A stretch of 64,000 nt of DNA from Candidatus Binatia bacterium (GTDB lineage: Bacteria > Desulfobacterota > Binatia > HRBIN30). The stretch is from contig JBBRSP010000013.1 of the NCBI GenBank assembly GCA_038245295.1, positions 87,414 through 151,413 of the forward strand, written 5' to 3'. This document shows, one piece after another, positions 39,253 to 52,537 of the stretch. Position 1 is the first letter of the stretch, and each line of letters starts with the position of its first letter. The notes beneath the pieces were generated by a model. The model saw nothing but the letters and a program-made list of their open reading frames with translations. It did not search any database and was not told where the DNA came from. The position numbers and the translations under genes are program-made.

Positions 39253-41181
39253 ATGACCGAGATTGCAGTCCCACAGATATACGTCGAAGTACCGGAAGAC
39301 GGCTATCACCAGGCGCTGATCGCCTGCCAGGTGGCCTGTCCGGTACACACCGACGCCCGTGGGTACGTGCGAGCCATCGCCGCCGGGCGCTTCGACGAAG
39401 CCTATCTGATCGCCCGCGGAGCAAATCCCTTCGCCTCCATCTGCGGCCGCATCTGTGGCGCACCGTGTGAGGCCGCATGTCGACGCGGGCTCGTTCCGCG
39501 CGTCGACGCCGACGGTCACTTCATCGGCCCCGACAAGCCGGTGGCGATCCGGGCGCTCAAGCGATTCGCTTGCGAGAAGCACGGACCTGAGGTTGTCCCA
39601 GCCGACGAGATCCTCGCCGCCCTGCGTCTCCACAGACCGGTTACGGGAGCGGGTCCGGAGGAGATGGCAGCCCTTTTGCGGCGTACTATGGCCGGCCAGT
39701 TCGAGCCGGCGGCGGGGCAAACGATTGCCATCGTGGGCGGCGGCCCGGCCGGTCTGTCGGCAGCCCATGACCTGGCACTGCTCGGCTTTCGCCCGACGGT
39801 ATTCGAGACGGAACGGGTGGCCGCCGGGATGCTCGCCGTCGGTGTTCCGAGCTACCGCCTGCCGCGCGAGGTGATCCGTCGCGAAGTCGCCGTCATCGAG
39901 GCCCTCGGCGTGGAAATCCGCCTCGGCGTGCGGGTCGGAGTCGACGTCAGCTTTGCCGATCTGCGCCGTGACCACGCTGCCGTGCTCATCGCCGTCGGCG
40001 CCAAGCAGGCGCGTTTGCTCGGCATCCCCGGTGAACGCGGGCCGCGTGTGTATGGTGGCGTCGACTTCCTACGTGCCGTTGCCGTCGGTGAATCTCTCGA
40101 TCTCGGCGAGCGTGTTGTTGTCATCGGCGGCGGCAACGTCGCCTACGACGTAGCCCGCAGCGTCGTGCGTCAAGCCGCCTACGACGCGGCGCGAACCGCG
40201 GCGCGGCTGCCGGGGAAACACGAGGTCGTTCTGGTGTCGCTCGAAACCCTCGAAGAGATGCCCGCCGACACAGTCGAAATCCGTGAAGGCGACGAAGAGG
40301 GCATTGCGCGGCGCAACGGTTGGGGGCCCGTCGAGATCCAACGCAACGCCGCCGGTAACGTCACCGGGGTTCTGCTGCGCCGTTGCCTGCGTGTGTACGA
40401 CGAGCAGCGCCGCTTCCAGCCGGTGTATGACGAAGAAGCGCGCGAGCTCGTGGCGTGCGACACGGTGTTGATCGCCGCCGGGCAGGCGCCGGACCTCGGC
40501 TTTCTGAATGACGGCGGCACCGACGTGGAGCAGTTCCGCCCAGGCTGGCCACGTGTCGATGCCAACAGTCTGGCGACCACCGCGACGAATGTCTTCGTCG
40601 CCGGCGATCTGGCTCACGGCACGCGTCTGCTCATCGATGCCGTCGCCTCCGGTAAGCGCGCGGCGCGTTCGATCTATGAAACTGTCACCGGCCGGCGCCT
40701 GCAAGCGGAGGCACTTACGGCGCACCTGAGTTTGCCGTTGTACCGTCGTGAGAGCGGCTACGAACGCCTGCGACGCGTCGAGCCGGCAACTACCGACGTC
40801 GACGCGCGTCTCGCCGATCCGCACGCTTCGGTTGAGATCGTGTACAGCGACGCCGAAGCGCAACGCCAGGCTGCCCGCTGCCTCGACTGCGGCGTGACGC
40901 CGGTATTCGACGGTTCGCGCTGCGTTTTGTGTGGCGGCTGCGCCGATGTCTGCCCGACGTCGTGCCTCAAGCTGGTTCCGTTGTCGGCGATCGATGGCGG
41001 TGCCGATCTCCAGGCGCTGCGTGACGCCACCTGCGGGGAAGGGGCCGACCCCGAGCTCAACTCGGCGATCCTCAAAGACGAGGACCGCTGCATACGCTGC
41101 GCCCTGTGCGTCATGCGCTGCCCGGCCGAGGCCATCGTCATGGAGAGGGTGCAATTCACCACCACGTGGAGGACGTTATGA
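39253..41181 (+). CDS. Cytoplasmic NAD(P)-dependent FAD/Fe-S oxidoreductase (GltD/NfnB/DsrL-like) with C-terminal 2x[4Fe-4S]
   Basis: CQVACP...CGRICGAPCEAAC, GGGPAG, GGGNVAYD, VAGD, RCLDC, CVLCGGCADVCP, CIRCALCVMRCP. Confidence 0.88.
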   Translation: MTEIAVPQIYVEVPEDGYHQALIACQVACPVHTDARGYVRAIAAGRFDEAYLIARGANPFASICGRICGAPCEAACRRGLVPRVDADGHFIGPDKPVAIRALKRFACEKHGPEVVPADEILAALRLHRPVTGAGPEEMAALLRRTMAGQFEPAAGQTIAIVGGGPAGLSAAHDLALLGFRPTVFETERVAAGMLAVGVPSYRLPREVIRREVAVIEALGVEIRLGVRVGVDVSFADLRRDHAAVLIAVGAKQARLLGIPGERGPRVYGGVDFLRAVAVGESLDLGERVVVIGGGNVAYDVARSVVRQAAYDAARTAARLPGKHEVVLVSLETLEEMPADTVEIREGDEEGIARRNGWGPVEIQRNAAGNVTGVLLRRCLRVYDEQRRFQPVYDEEARELVACDTVLIAAGQAPDLGFLNDGGTDVEQFRPGWPRVDANSLATTATNVFVAGDLAHGTRLLIDAVASGKRAARSIYETVTGRRLQAEALTAHLSLPLYRRESGYERLRRVEPATTDVDARLADPHASVEIVYSDAEAQRQAARCLDCGVTPVFDGSRCVLCGGCADVCPTSCLKLVPLSAIDGGADLQALRDATCGEGADPELNSAILKDEDRCIRCALCVMRCPAEAIVMERVQFTTTWRTL

Positions 41182-41675
41182 GCCAGCCCGGCGGGAGACC
41201 AGGTCCCGAGCGTTCGCGTCTCGATTCTGAGGAGATGCCGCGACGCGATTTCCTTGGACTTGCTGCTGCCTGGTCCGCTTTGGCTACGATGGCCTTCGGC
41301 CTTCTCGGTGCGATGCGCTTACCGCGTGCCGCTGTGGTGCCGTCCGCCTCGCGCAAGTTCCGCGTCACCTTGCCGGCAAACCTGGCGCCCGGTGAACCAT
41401 TCATCCCTCCCGGGCGCCCGGTGGCGATCTTCCGCGATGCCGCTGGGGTGTACGCGTTATCGACGACCTGCACCCATCTCGGTTGCATCGTCAAAGCGGG
41501 GACTGAGGGCTTCGAGTGCCCTTGTCACGGCTCACGCTTCGGGCCGGATGGGTCGGTGGTCAAAGGCCCGGCGCCGAAGGCCCTGCCGTGGCTCTCGGTA
41601 AGTGCGCTCACCGGTGACACCGTCGCCATCGACGAAAGCAGCACGGTTCCGGCGGGGAAGAAGGTAGTCGTATGA
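41178..41675 (+). CDS. Rieske [2Fe-2S] subunit of a Rieske/cytochrome b complex
   Basis: PRRDFL Tat motif plus TM helix, CTHLGC and CPCHGS; ATGA overlap with upstream gene. Confidence 0.92.
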   Translation: MSQPGGRPGPERSRLDSEEMPRRDFLGLAAAWSALATMAFGLLGAMRLPRAAVVPSASRKFRVTLPANLAPGEPFIPPGRPVAIFRDAAGVYALSTTCTHLGCIVKAGTEGFECPCHGSRFGPDGSVVKGPAPKALPWLSVSALTGDTVAIDESSTVPAGKKVVV

Positions 41676-43234
41676 GCAACTCCGACGCCACCTCCGGACG
41701 AGCTCCGGCCTTGCGCCGCTTCGTCGCCAACCTAGTCGGCGCTCCCGCAGCGATGAAGGAGAGCGCTTTTCGCAGCGGCGCCCCGACGACCGACCGGACA
41801 CGTTCCTCCTTTGTCTTTGGCAATTTCTTCCTGCACATCCACGCGGTGCGCATCCATCGTTGGACGATGCGTTGGTCCACCACCTGGGGGATCGGCATCC
41901 TTTCGATGTCGGGGTTCTTGATTACGCTGGGCACCGGCATCTTGTTGATGTTCTACTACAAGCCGTATCCGGCCGTAGCGTACGACTCGATCAAGGATAT
42001 CCACTTCGTCGTTCCGACCGGGCAGTTCATACGCAACATCCATCGCTGGGCGGCGCAGGTCATGGTGCTGGCCGTGCTGCTGCACATGACGCGTGTGTTC
42101 TACACGGCCGCCTATCGCGCCCCACGCGAGTTCAACTGGGTCCTCGGCATGGCGCTTCTGGCGGTCACCCTGGGCCTGTCCTTCACGGGCTACCTGCTGC
42201 CGTGGGATCAGCTGGCGTACTGGGCGATCACCATCGGTGCCAATATCGCCCAGTCACCGCGTGAGATGACCGACGCGCTCGGCGTCACGCAGTACTTTGA
42301 TGTCGGCGGCTGGCAGCGCTTCCTGCTGCTCGGTTCAGACGAGATCGGCGAAGAAGCGCTGATTCGCTTCTATCTGTTGCACGTCATGATTCTGCCCTTG
42401 GCTCTGGCCGTGCTGGTGGGTGTCCACTTCTGGCGCATCCGTAAAGACGGTGGTCTGGCCCAACCGGCCGATGCCGACCAGCGACTCGGTGCGCCACAGG
42501 GCGCGACGTATCCGGTCTTCACCGCTGCGCCGCAGAAGACCTACCAACTGGCGGCGCTGGTGCGTGGCCGAACCCCTGCCGTCGGCGCCGGACCTGAAAA
42601 CACCGTGCCGGCGATGCCGCATCTGCTCTACGCCGAGGCCGGTGTCTTCATGCTGACGCTGTTGATTTGCCTGGCGCTGTCGTTGGTGTCCGACGCCCCG
42701 TTGAAGGAGCTGGCAAACCCGGCGGTTCCCGAGAATCCCGCCAAGGCCCCTTGGTACTTCCTCGGGCTGCAGGAGCTCGTGTCGTACTCGGCCCTGATGG
42801 GCGGTATCGGCATCCCCAGCATTGTGCTCATCGGCCTGTTGCTGATTCCCTACGTTGATCGCGAGACGGAGGGCACCGGGCAGTGGTTCGGCGGCCCGGG
42901 CGGTCTGTCGCTGGTGGGGCGCTCGGTAGTCTTCGGGTTGGCGGCCGTGCTTGCCGTCGAGGCCTTTGCCATTCACTTCGGCTGGATTCGCGAGTGGTGG
43001 GTGGCGGCGCCGCAGATCCTCATCACGTTCGTCAACCCGGGAACGGTGCTGACCGCCCTGTATGCGGGATACTCCATTTTGTGCGTGCGGCGTTACGACT
43101 CCACACGCGCTGGCGCACTGGCACTCTTCACCTGCTTCCTGTGCGGCTTTCTCGTCCTGACCATCGTCGGGGTTCACTTTCGCGGGCCGAACTGGGGATT
43201 CTACTGGTCGCCCGCAGATTGGCCGGCGCACTGA
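41672..43234 (+). CDS. Cytochrome b (b6-like fused to subunit IV) of a Rieske/cytb complex
   Basis: IRNIHRW...LLH, FTGYLLPWDQ..YW, FYLLH...GVH haem ligands, NPAKAPWYF Qo-site motif. Confidence 0.92.
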   Translation: MSNSDATSGRAPALRRFVANLVGAPAAMKESAFRSGAPTTDRTRSSFVFGNFFLHIHAVRIHRWTMRWSTTWGIGILSMSGFLITLGTGILLMFYYKPYPAVAYDSIKDIHFVVPTGQFIRNIHRWAAQVMVLAVLLHMTRVFYTAAYRAPREFNWVLGMALLAVTLGLSFTGYLLPWDQLAYWAITIGANIAQSPREMTDALGVTQYFDVGGWQRFLLLGSDEIGEEALIRFYLLHVMILPLALAVLVGVHFWRIRKDGGLAQPADADQRLGAPQGATYPVFTAAPQKTYQLAALVRGRTPAVGAGPENTVPAMPHLLYAEAGVFMLTLLICLALSLVSDAPLKELANPAVPENPAKAPWYFLGLQELVSYSALMGGIGIPSIVLIGLLLIPYVDRETEGTGQWFGGPGGLSLVGRSVVFGLAAVLAVEAFAIHFGWIREWWVAAPQILITFVNPGTVLTALYAGYSILCVRRYDSTRAGALALFTCFLCGFLVLTIVGVHFRGPNWGFYWSPADWPAH

Positions 43235-43235
43235 C

Positions 43236-44911
43236 ATGAACCCACGTGCCAACAAGCTGTTGTTGCTGTGTACCAGCCTCGCCACTCTGGCGCTGCTGAT
43301 CTACGCGGCTGACCTGGAAGGCCGTCGGCGCGACTGGCGACGCCTTCAACACGAGTACAAGGCTCTCTTGCCGCCGGACCAGGTGGCGGCCTTCCCTGTG
43401 CAGTTGCGGCAACTGTTCGTGCCGTCCCTACACGCCGCGGATCGCTGCGTCAGTTGTCACGTCGGCATGGCCACCGGGGAAACGGCGCTGGCCGAGCCGC
43501 GCCTCTTCCGGGCCCACCCGAAAGTGGTCCACGATCCGGCCGACTATGGATGCGTCGTCTGCCACGCCGGGCAGGGCCGCGCTACCGAGCAGGCCGATGC
43601 CCATGGCGAGGTGGAGCACTGGCCGCAGCCAATGCTGCCGCTGCGTTACGCCTACGCGGGGTGCGGCAGCTGCCATACCCACCTTAAGGTGCCGAACGTC
43701 GATGCCGTCGCCCGTGGTCGCGGCTTGATCGAACGCAACGATTGTCTGGCTTGCCATGCCCTCGATGGTCGCGGCGGCACGCTGCGCCCCGGAGCCACGG
43801 AAATGATCGTCGCCCCCGACCTGTCGCGGGCCGGCGGCGCTGGGTACGCCACCGACTGGTACGAACGCCACCTGCGGCGTCGCGACGCGGCCGCCGGCGG
43901 CGCCTGGAAGCATTCGGTGGGCGAGATTGCGGCGAGCGATCGCAGCGCCATCGAGGCGTTTCTCGATACACGCGTTGGCGCCGGCGGTCTCAGCGAGGCC
44001 AAGGCGCTGTTTCATAGTCTTGGCTGTCGCGGCTGCCATAAGGTCGCCGGCGTCGGCGGCGATGACGGGCCCGATCTGACACACATTGGCGAGAGGGATC
44101 CCGGACGCATCAACTTTGCGGCTGTCCCTGGCGAGCACTCGCTGGCGAACTGGCTTGGCGCCCACTTCCGCGCTCCATCGATTGTTGTCCCCGGCTCCCG
44201 CATGCCCGAGCTGGGTCTCAGCGACGAACAGGTCGATCGTCTGACGTTCTACATGCTGTCGTTGCGGCGCAGCGATCAGCCCGAGCGCTACTGGCCGCTG
44301 GATCGCGTCCGCGCCGAACGCCTGCATCAGCGTGAGTTTGCCACCGACGGCGCCACTCTGTTCGGTACCTTCTGCGCCGCCTGCCATGGCCCACGCGGCG
44401 AGGGCATGCGTTATCCGGGAATGACTGCCTTCCCGGCAATCGGCAACCCGGATTTCCTGGCGATCGCCTCCGACCGTTTCCTCACCGAGACCATTCGTCA
44501 CGGCCGGGCCGGGCGTCGCATGCCGGCATGGGGTGACAACGACGGCGGCCTGCGCGCCGACGAGATCGATGCCGTCGTCGGATACCTCCGCTCCCTGGGC
44601 GCGGCGGCGGCGCCAAGCGATGCCGAGCCGGCGCGCTGGTTACACGCCGACGTCGAGGCCGGGCGGAGTCTATTCGCCGACGCCTGCGCCAGTTGCCATG
44701 GCAAGAACGGCGAGGGTGGCGAGGGCCCGGCGTTGCACAACCCGGTGCTGCAGCGCAGCGCCACCGATACCTACCTTGTCGAGACCATACGTCGCGGCCG
44801 TCGCGGCACCTCGATGCCGACGTTTTCCGCGGCCGCCGCCACACACGCGACGCTGTCGAACCAAGAGATCGAATCGATCGTCGCCTTCATTCGCACCTGG
44901 GAGGGTCAGCC

Positions 44912-44915
<4 letters not shown>
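43236..44915 (+). CDS. Membrane-anchored heptahaem cytochrome c
   Basis: Seven CxxCH motifs (CVSCH, CVVCH, CGSCH, CLACH, CRGCH, CAACH, CASCH) and an N-terminal hydrophobic anchor. Confidence 0.9.
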
Positions 44916-48372
<3,457 letters not shown>

Positions 48373-48373
<1 letters not shown>

Positions 48374-49500
48374 TGGCCCGCGTATTCAATTGGCAGATCA
48401 ATCGAGAGATGTCGTACTGGTACCCGGAGTCGCGCCCCGACAAACAGTTCGGTGCCGTCTTCGATACCAACAAGTGCATCTCGTGTCAGACGTGCACCAT
48501 CGCGTGCAAGACGACGTGGACCTCCGGCCGCGGCCAGGAGTACATGTTGTGGAACAACGTCGAGACCAAACCCTACGGCTTCTATCCGTTGCAGTGGGAT
48601 CTCAAGTTGCTCGACAAACTCGGGCCGCAGACATGGACCGACGATCAGTATGACGGGCGCACGTTGTTCGAGGCTGCCGACGCCGGCGAGCGCGTCCTCG
48701 GCTGGCGGCCGGAGGAGCTCGACTATGCCCATCCGAATGTCGGCGAAGATGACTGCACCGGCAGCGTCGACGGCGGCGCGGCGATGGATCTGCCGCACGC
48801 CAACTGGTTCTTTTATCTGGCGCGTATTTGCAACCATTGCACCTATCCCGGGTGCCTGGCGTCGTGTCCGCGTACGTCGATCTACAAACGCAAGGAAGAC
48901 GGCATCGTGCTGGTCGATCAAGAGCGCTGTCGCGGCTACCAGGAGTGCGTCAAAGGTTGTCCGTACAAGAAGATCTTTTTTAATCCGATGACCGGCACCT
49001 CGGAGAAGTGCATTGCCTGTTTCCCGAAGTTCGAGATGGGGCTGCAGCCGCAGTGCTTCGCCAATTGCATCGGCAAGATTCGCTTTGCCGGCCACATCTC
49101 GACGCCGGACAAGGCGCGCGAAGACAATCCGATCGATTACCTGGTGCACGTCCGCAAGCTCGCCTTGCCGCTATTCCCGCAGTGGGGACTGGAGCCGAAC
49201 GTGTACTACGTGCCGCCGATCCATGTGCCTCGGCCCTATCTGCGACAGCTGTTCGGTCCGGGAGTCGACGCGTCCATCGAGACGTACCGCAACGCGCCAC
49301 AAGACCCCGACCTGGCGGCATTGCTGTGTCTGTTCGGCTCGACCGAGAGAGTCGTGCCGCGCTGGAAGCGTGACGCGGATATCGTCATCGGTATGGAAGA
49401 GGACGGTACCGAGATCATTCGTGTCCCGGTGCGTGAGCCAATCTTCGTGCGCGCGGCGTTCGACAAAGCCCACAACGTTGCCCGCACGAATGTTCCCTGA
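48373..49500 (+). CDS. nxrB: NxrB/NarH-like Fe-S beta subunit
   Basis: [14 protein letters not shown]...[53 protein letters not shown] coupling. Confidence 0.9.
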
Positions 49501-49512
49501 GGGAGACACCTC

Positions 49513-50358
49513 ATGAACACTCGCATTCTTCTCGCCGTTCTGTTGGCAACGCTGCCGCGGCTGGTGCACGCCATCGATGCGTCGCAACTTGTCGTGGCGC
49601 GCCGACCGGCTGTGCCGGCGGCGCCGACGGACAAAGTCTGGTCGGAGGTCGCTCCGACTCAAGTACCCCTGGTCCCGCAGGACATGGTGGAGCCGCGCCT
49701 GCTCAAGGCATCGACGGCCAGTATCCGTGTGCGTGCGCTGACCGATGGCCAGCGTGTTGCCTTCCTACTGGAGTGGGACGACGCCACGATGGACGACATG
49801 CAGAAGCCATCACGCTTCTCCGACGCCTGTGCCGTGCAAGTCCCGGCGGCGGTGTCGGCCGACGTCCCGGCGCCGCAGATGGGAGAGCCGGGGCGTGCGG
49901 TCGAAATCTCCTATTGGCGTGCGTCTTGGCAAGCCATGGTCGACGGTCGTCCCGACGACATCCACGCTCTGTATCCGGACGCGACGGTCGATCACTATCC
50001 GTTCGAGGCCGCATCACTGGACAAGGATCCGGAAGCGCAGAAGGCGATGGCGCAGCGCTACGCACCGGCGCGCGCTGTCGGCAACGAGATGGCCGGACCG
50101 CGTCAGCAGCCGGTGCAGGATTTGCTCGCCGAAGGCCCGGGCAGTCTGAGTCCGACGACGAAGTCGCAGTCAACCGGTAGCGGCAAGCGCGGGCCGAAGG
50201 GGTGGAGTGTCATGATCGTGCGCCCGATGCCGACCGGAGTTGGTGCCGGCAAGAGAGGGCAGGTCGCGTTCGCCGTCTGGGATGGTGGTCAGGGTGAAGT
50301 CGGGGCCCGCAAGATGCGCTCCGTCTGGCTGCCGCTGGCGCTGGAGGTGGTGCAATGA
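49513..50358 (+). CDS. Soluble periplasmic haem-b gamma subunit (EbdC/NxrC-like DOMON fold)
   Basis: Sec-like signal peptide, LEWDD.T, FSDACAVQ, PQMG (Met ligand), AFAVWDG..GE.GARK (Lys ligand). Confidence 0.8.
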   Translation: MNTRILLAVLLATLPRLVHAIDASQLVVARRPAVPAAPTDKVWSEVAPTQVPLVPQDMVEPRLLKASTASIRVRALTDGQRVAFLLEWDDATMDDMQKPSRFSDACAVQVPAAVSADVPAPQMGEPGRAVEISYWRASWQAMVDGRPDDIHALYPDATVDHYPFEAASLDKDPEAQKAMAQRYAPARAVGNEMAGPRQQPVQDLLAEGPGSLSPTTKSQSTGSGKRGPKGWSVMIVRPMPTGVGAGKRGQVAFAVWDGGQGEVGARKMRSVWLPLALEVVQ

Positions 50359-51008
50359 CCAGGTCGGCCAATCGGAGTGTCGCCACGGATCTTTTGGCAG
50401 AAGCCTGCGAGTGGCGGCTTATCGCGTTGATGTTGTCGCGGCCGGACTCGAGTAGCAGAGCTGTGGCGCAGCGCCTGGCTGCCGAGGTGCATGATAGCGC
50501 CGTTGCTGATGCCGCCCGGGCCTGGTGCAAGGGGGCAACCGAGGGTGCTTATCTGGCGCTCCTCGGTCCGGGGGGCATCGTGTCGCCGCGTCTGGTGGCG
50601 TACCGCGGTTTTGCCGATCCCGGTTGGATGCTGGCGGATATTGCCCGTTACCATAAGGCATTTGGCTTTCGTTCGCAGGCCGATGAACCACCCGACCACG
50701 TCGCCGTGCTCGCCGAGTTTGTCGCCTACCTGTGGTTGAAGGAAGCCTGGGCTCGAGAGCAGGACGACGCCGAGGCGGCGGCGATCACCAGAGCGGCGCG
50801 TGAGCGCTTCGCCGACGATTGCCTGGCGCCGATTGCGGCGCCTCTTGCGGAGCGCCTCGAGGCTTGCGGCGCCACGGACTGGCGTGCCGTCGCGCAGTTG
50901 CTGGCGGCGCGCGTTCCGCCGCCACCGGCGCAGGTGCCAGGGATTGGCGAGGCGGAGGATGTGTTTGGTTGTGGCGGGTGTGCGGCGCTGCCCAACGAAA
51001 TGGAGTGA
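50355..51008 (+). CDS. TorD/DmsD/NarJ-family molybdoenzyme maturation chaperone
   Basis: LADIARYHKAFGF...EPPDHVAVLAEF motif; ATGA overlap. Confidence 0.85.
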   Translation: MTRSANRSVATDLLAEACEWRLIALMLSRPDSSSRAVAQRLAAEVHDSAVADAARAWCKGATEGAYLALLGPGGIVSPRLVAYRGFADPGWMLADIARYHKAFGFRSQADEPPDHVAVLAEFVAYLWLKEAWAREQDDAEAAAITRAARERFADDCLAPIAAPLAERLEACGATDWRAVAQLLAARVPPPPAQVPGIGEAEDVFGCGGCAALPNEME

Positions 51009-51045
51009 CGTCGATTCCGCACCATTGAGATCAATGGGGGTAGCT

Positions 51046-52527
51046 ATGCGTATTCCAGCCTTGGCCGTCGCTGTGGCCTTGCTTGCGTCAACCTCTCTCA
51101 CTCAGGCGGCGGAGCGGCCGTTGCAGGGGGATTGGACCGATCACATCAACTTTACCCTGAGCAATCGCACGCGCGGCGAGTTCGTCGACTACTTCGAACC
51201 GCAGCCCGGCAAAGCGGCCGACGGCGCGCAGCGCTACGACTTTCTGGCCAACCAATTCCGTTTCGGGACCAAGATCAGCCTCGACCCGCTGGTTCTCGTC
51301 GCCGAGATGCAGCACACCCTGTTCGTCGGGCTACCCAACGATGCGTCGTTGGGGCGTGCCGCCGGCGGCAACCTCGGTACCGGTGCCATCTACTACCAGC
51401 ACACCAAGAATCGCGACCAGGAAGAGGTATTCCTCAAGCAAGGCTTCGCCGTCGTTACGATTCCCGGGCTCAAGGAAGTCGCGGTAACCGGCGGACGCTT
51501 CGATTACGCAGACGGGCTGGAAGTCGTGCCGACCGATCCTGGCTTGGCGTGGTTGAAAAAGGCTCGCCTCGCCGAACGTCTGGTTGGGCCGTTTGGCTTC
51601 ACGCACGTGACGCGCAGCTTCGATGGATTCAAGGTCGCCTACGATTCGAGCCTGCTCAACATCACGGCGATGGGTTCGCGTCCGACGCAGGGCGGATTCG
51701 AAATAAGCGCCAACCGCGAACTCGATGCCTACCTGGCAGGGCTGGCGCTGACCTTTAAAGAATTGCTGGGTTCGACACCGTCGGACGTGCGTTTGTTCTA
51801 CCTCTACTTCGATGACCAACGCTCCGATCCCAACAAGGTGGACAACCGTCTATCGGTAGCCAAGCCGTCCGCTCTCGATCACCAGGCGATCCAGATTCAC
51901 ACCTTCGGGACGCATGCCGCCGCATTGTGGCCGATCGGGCCCGGGAAGTTCGATGCGCTGCTGTGGGGAGCCGTGCAAACCGGTGCATGGGGGGAGCAAA
52001 ACCATTTCGGCTGGGCCTACGCCGCCGAGGTCGGGTATCAGCTGCCGGCGGTGTTCTCTTCGCCCTGGCTGCGCGGCGGCTTCAACCAGGGCTCGGGTGA
52101 CAGCAACGCGCGTGACAACACGCACGATACGTTCTTCCAGGTCTTGCCGACAGCGCGGATCTACGCCCAGTTCCCGTTCTACAATTTGATGAACAGTGAA
52201 GATCTTTTTGCCCAGCTCATTCTCAAACCGCACCCGATGGTGACGCTGCGCACCGACTATCACTGGCTACAGCTCAGCCAGACTGCCGATCTTCTGTATT
52301 CGGGCGGCGGTGCAAGCAACAATCAGGTCTTCGGCTACGCGGGACTCGACTCCGGTGGCAAGCGCGACCTGGCGCAAGTGGTCGAGGCCTCGATCACGGT
52401 GAATCCGCTCAAGCAGATCGCCCTGCAAGGCTATGTGGCGCGCGCCTTTGGCGGCGGCGCGATCGCCCACACCTATGCCGGGCGCAACGCCAACTATGGT
52501 TTCCTCGAGATGACGTATCGCCACTGA
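51046..52527 (+). CDS. Alginate-export (AlgE) family outer-membrane beta-barrel
   Basis: Signal peptide, GRFDY, ERLVG.FGF...RSFDG, SGD......TF, aromatic C-terminal strand (LEMTYRH). Confidence 0.72.
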   Translation: MRIPALAVAVALLASTSLTQAAERPLQGDWTDHINFTLSNRTRGEFVDYFEPQPGKAADGAQRYDFLANQFRFGTKISLDPLVLVAEMQHTLFVGLPNDASLGRAAGGNLGTGAIYYQHTKNRDQEEVFLKQGFAVVTIPGLKEVAVTGGRFDYADGLEVVPTDPGLAWLKKARLAERLVGPFGFTHVTRSFDGFKVAYDSSLLNITAMGSRPTQGGFEISANRELDAYLAGLALTFKELLGSTPSDVRLFYLYFDDQRSDPNKVDNRLSVAKPSALDHQAIQIHTFGTHAAALWPIGPGKFDALLWGAVQTGAWGEQNHFGWAYAAEVGYQLPAVFSSPWLRGGFNQGSGDSNARDNTHDTFFQVLPTARIYAQFPFYNLMNSEDLFAQLILKPHPMVTLRTDYHWLQLSQTADLLYSGGGASNNQVFGYAGLDSGGKRDLAQVVEASITVNPLKQIALQGYVARAFGGGAIAHTYAGRNANYGFLEMTYRH

Positions 52528-52537
52528 CATTGGTTCG

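Noticed and set aside
44693..44911. N-terminal extension of the 1226-aa ORF
   Set aside because: Overlaps the cytochrome c gene; the Tat motif and ATGA coupling place the start at 44912
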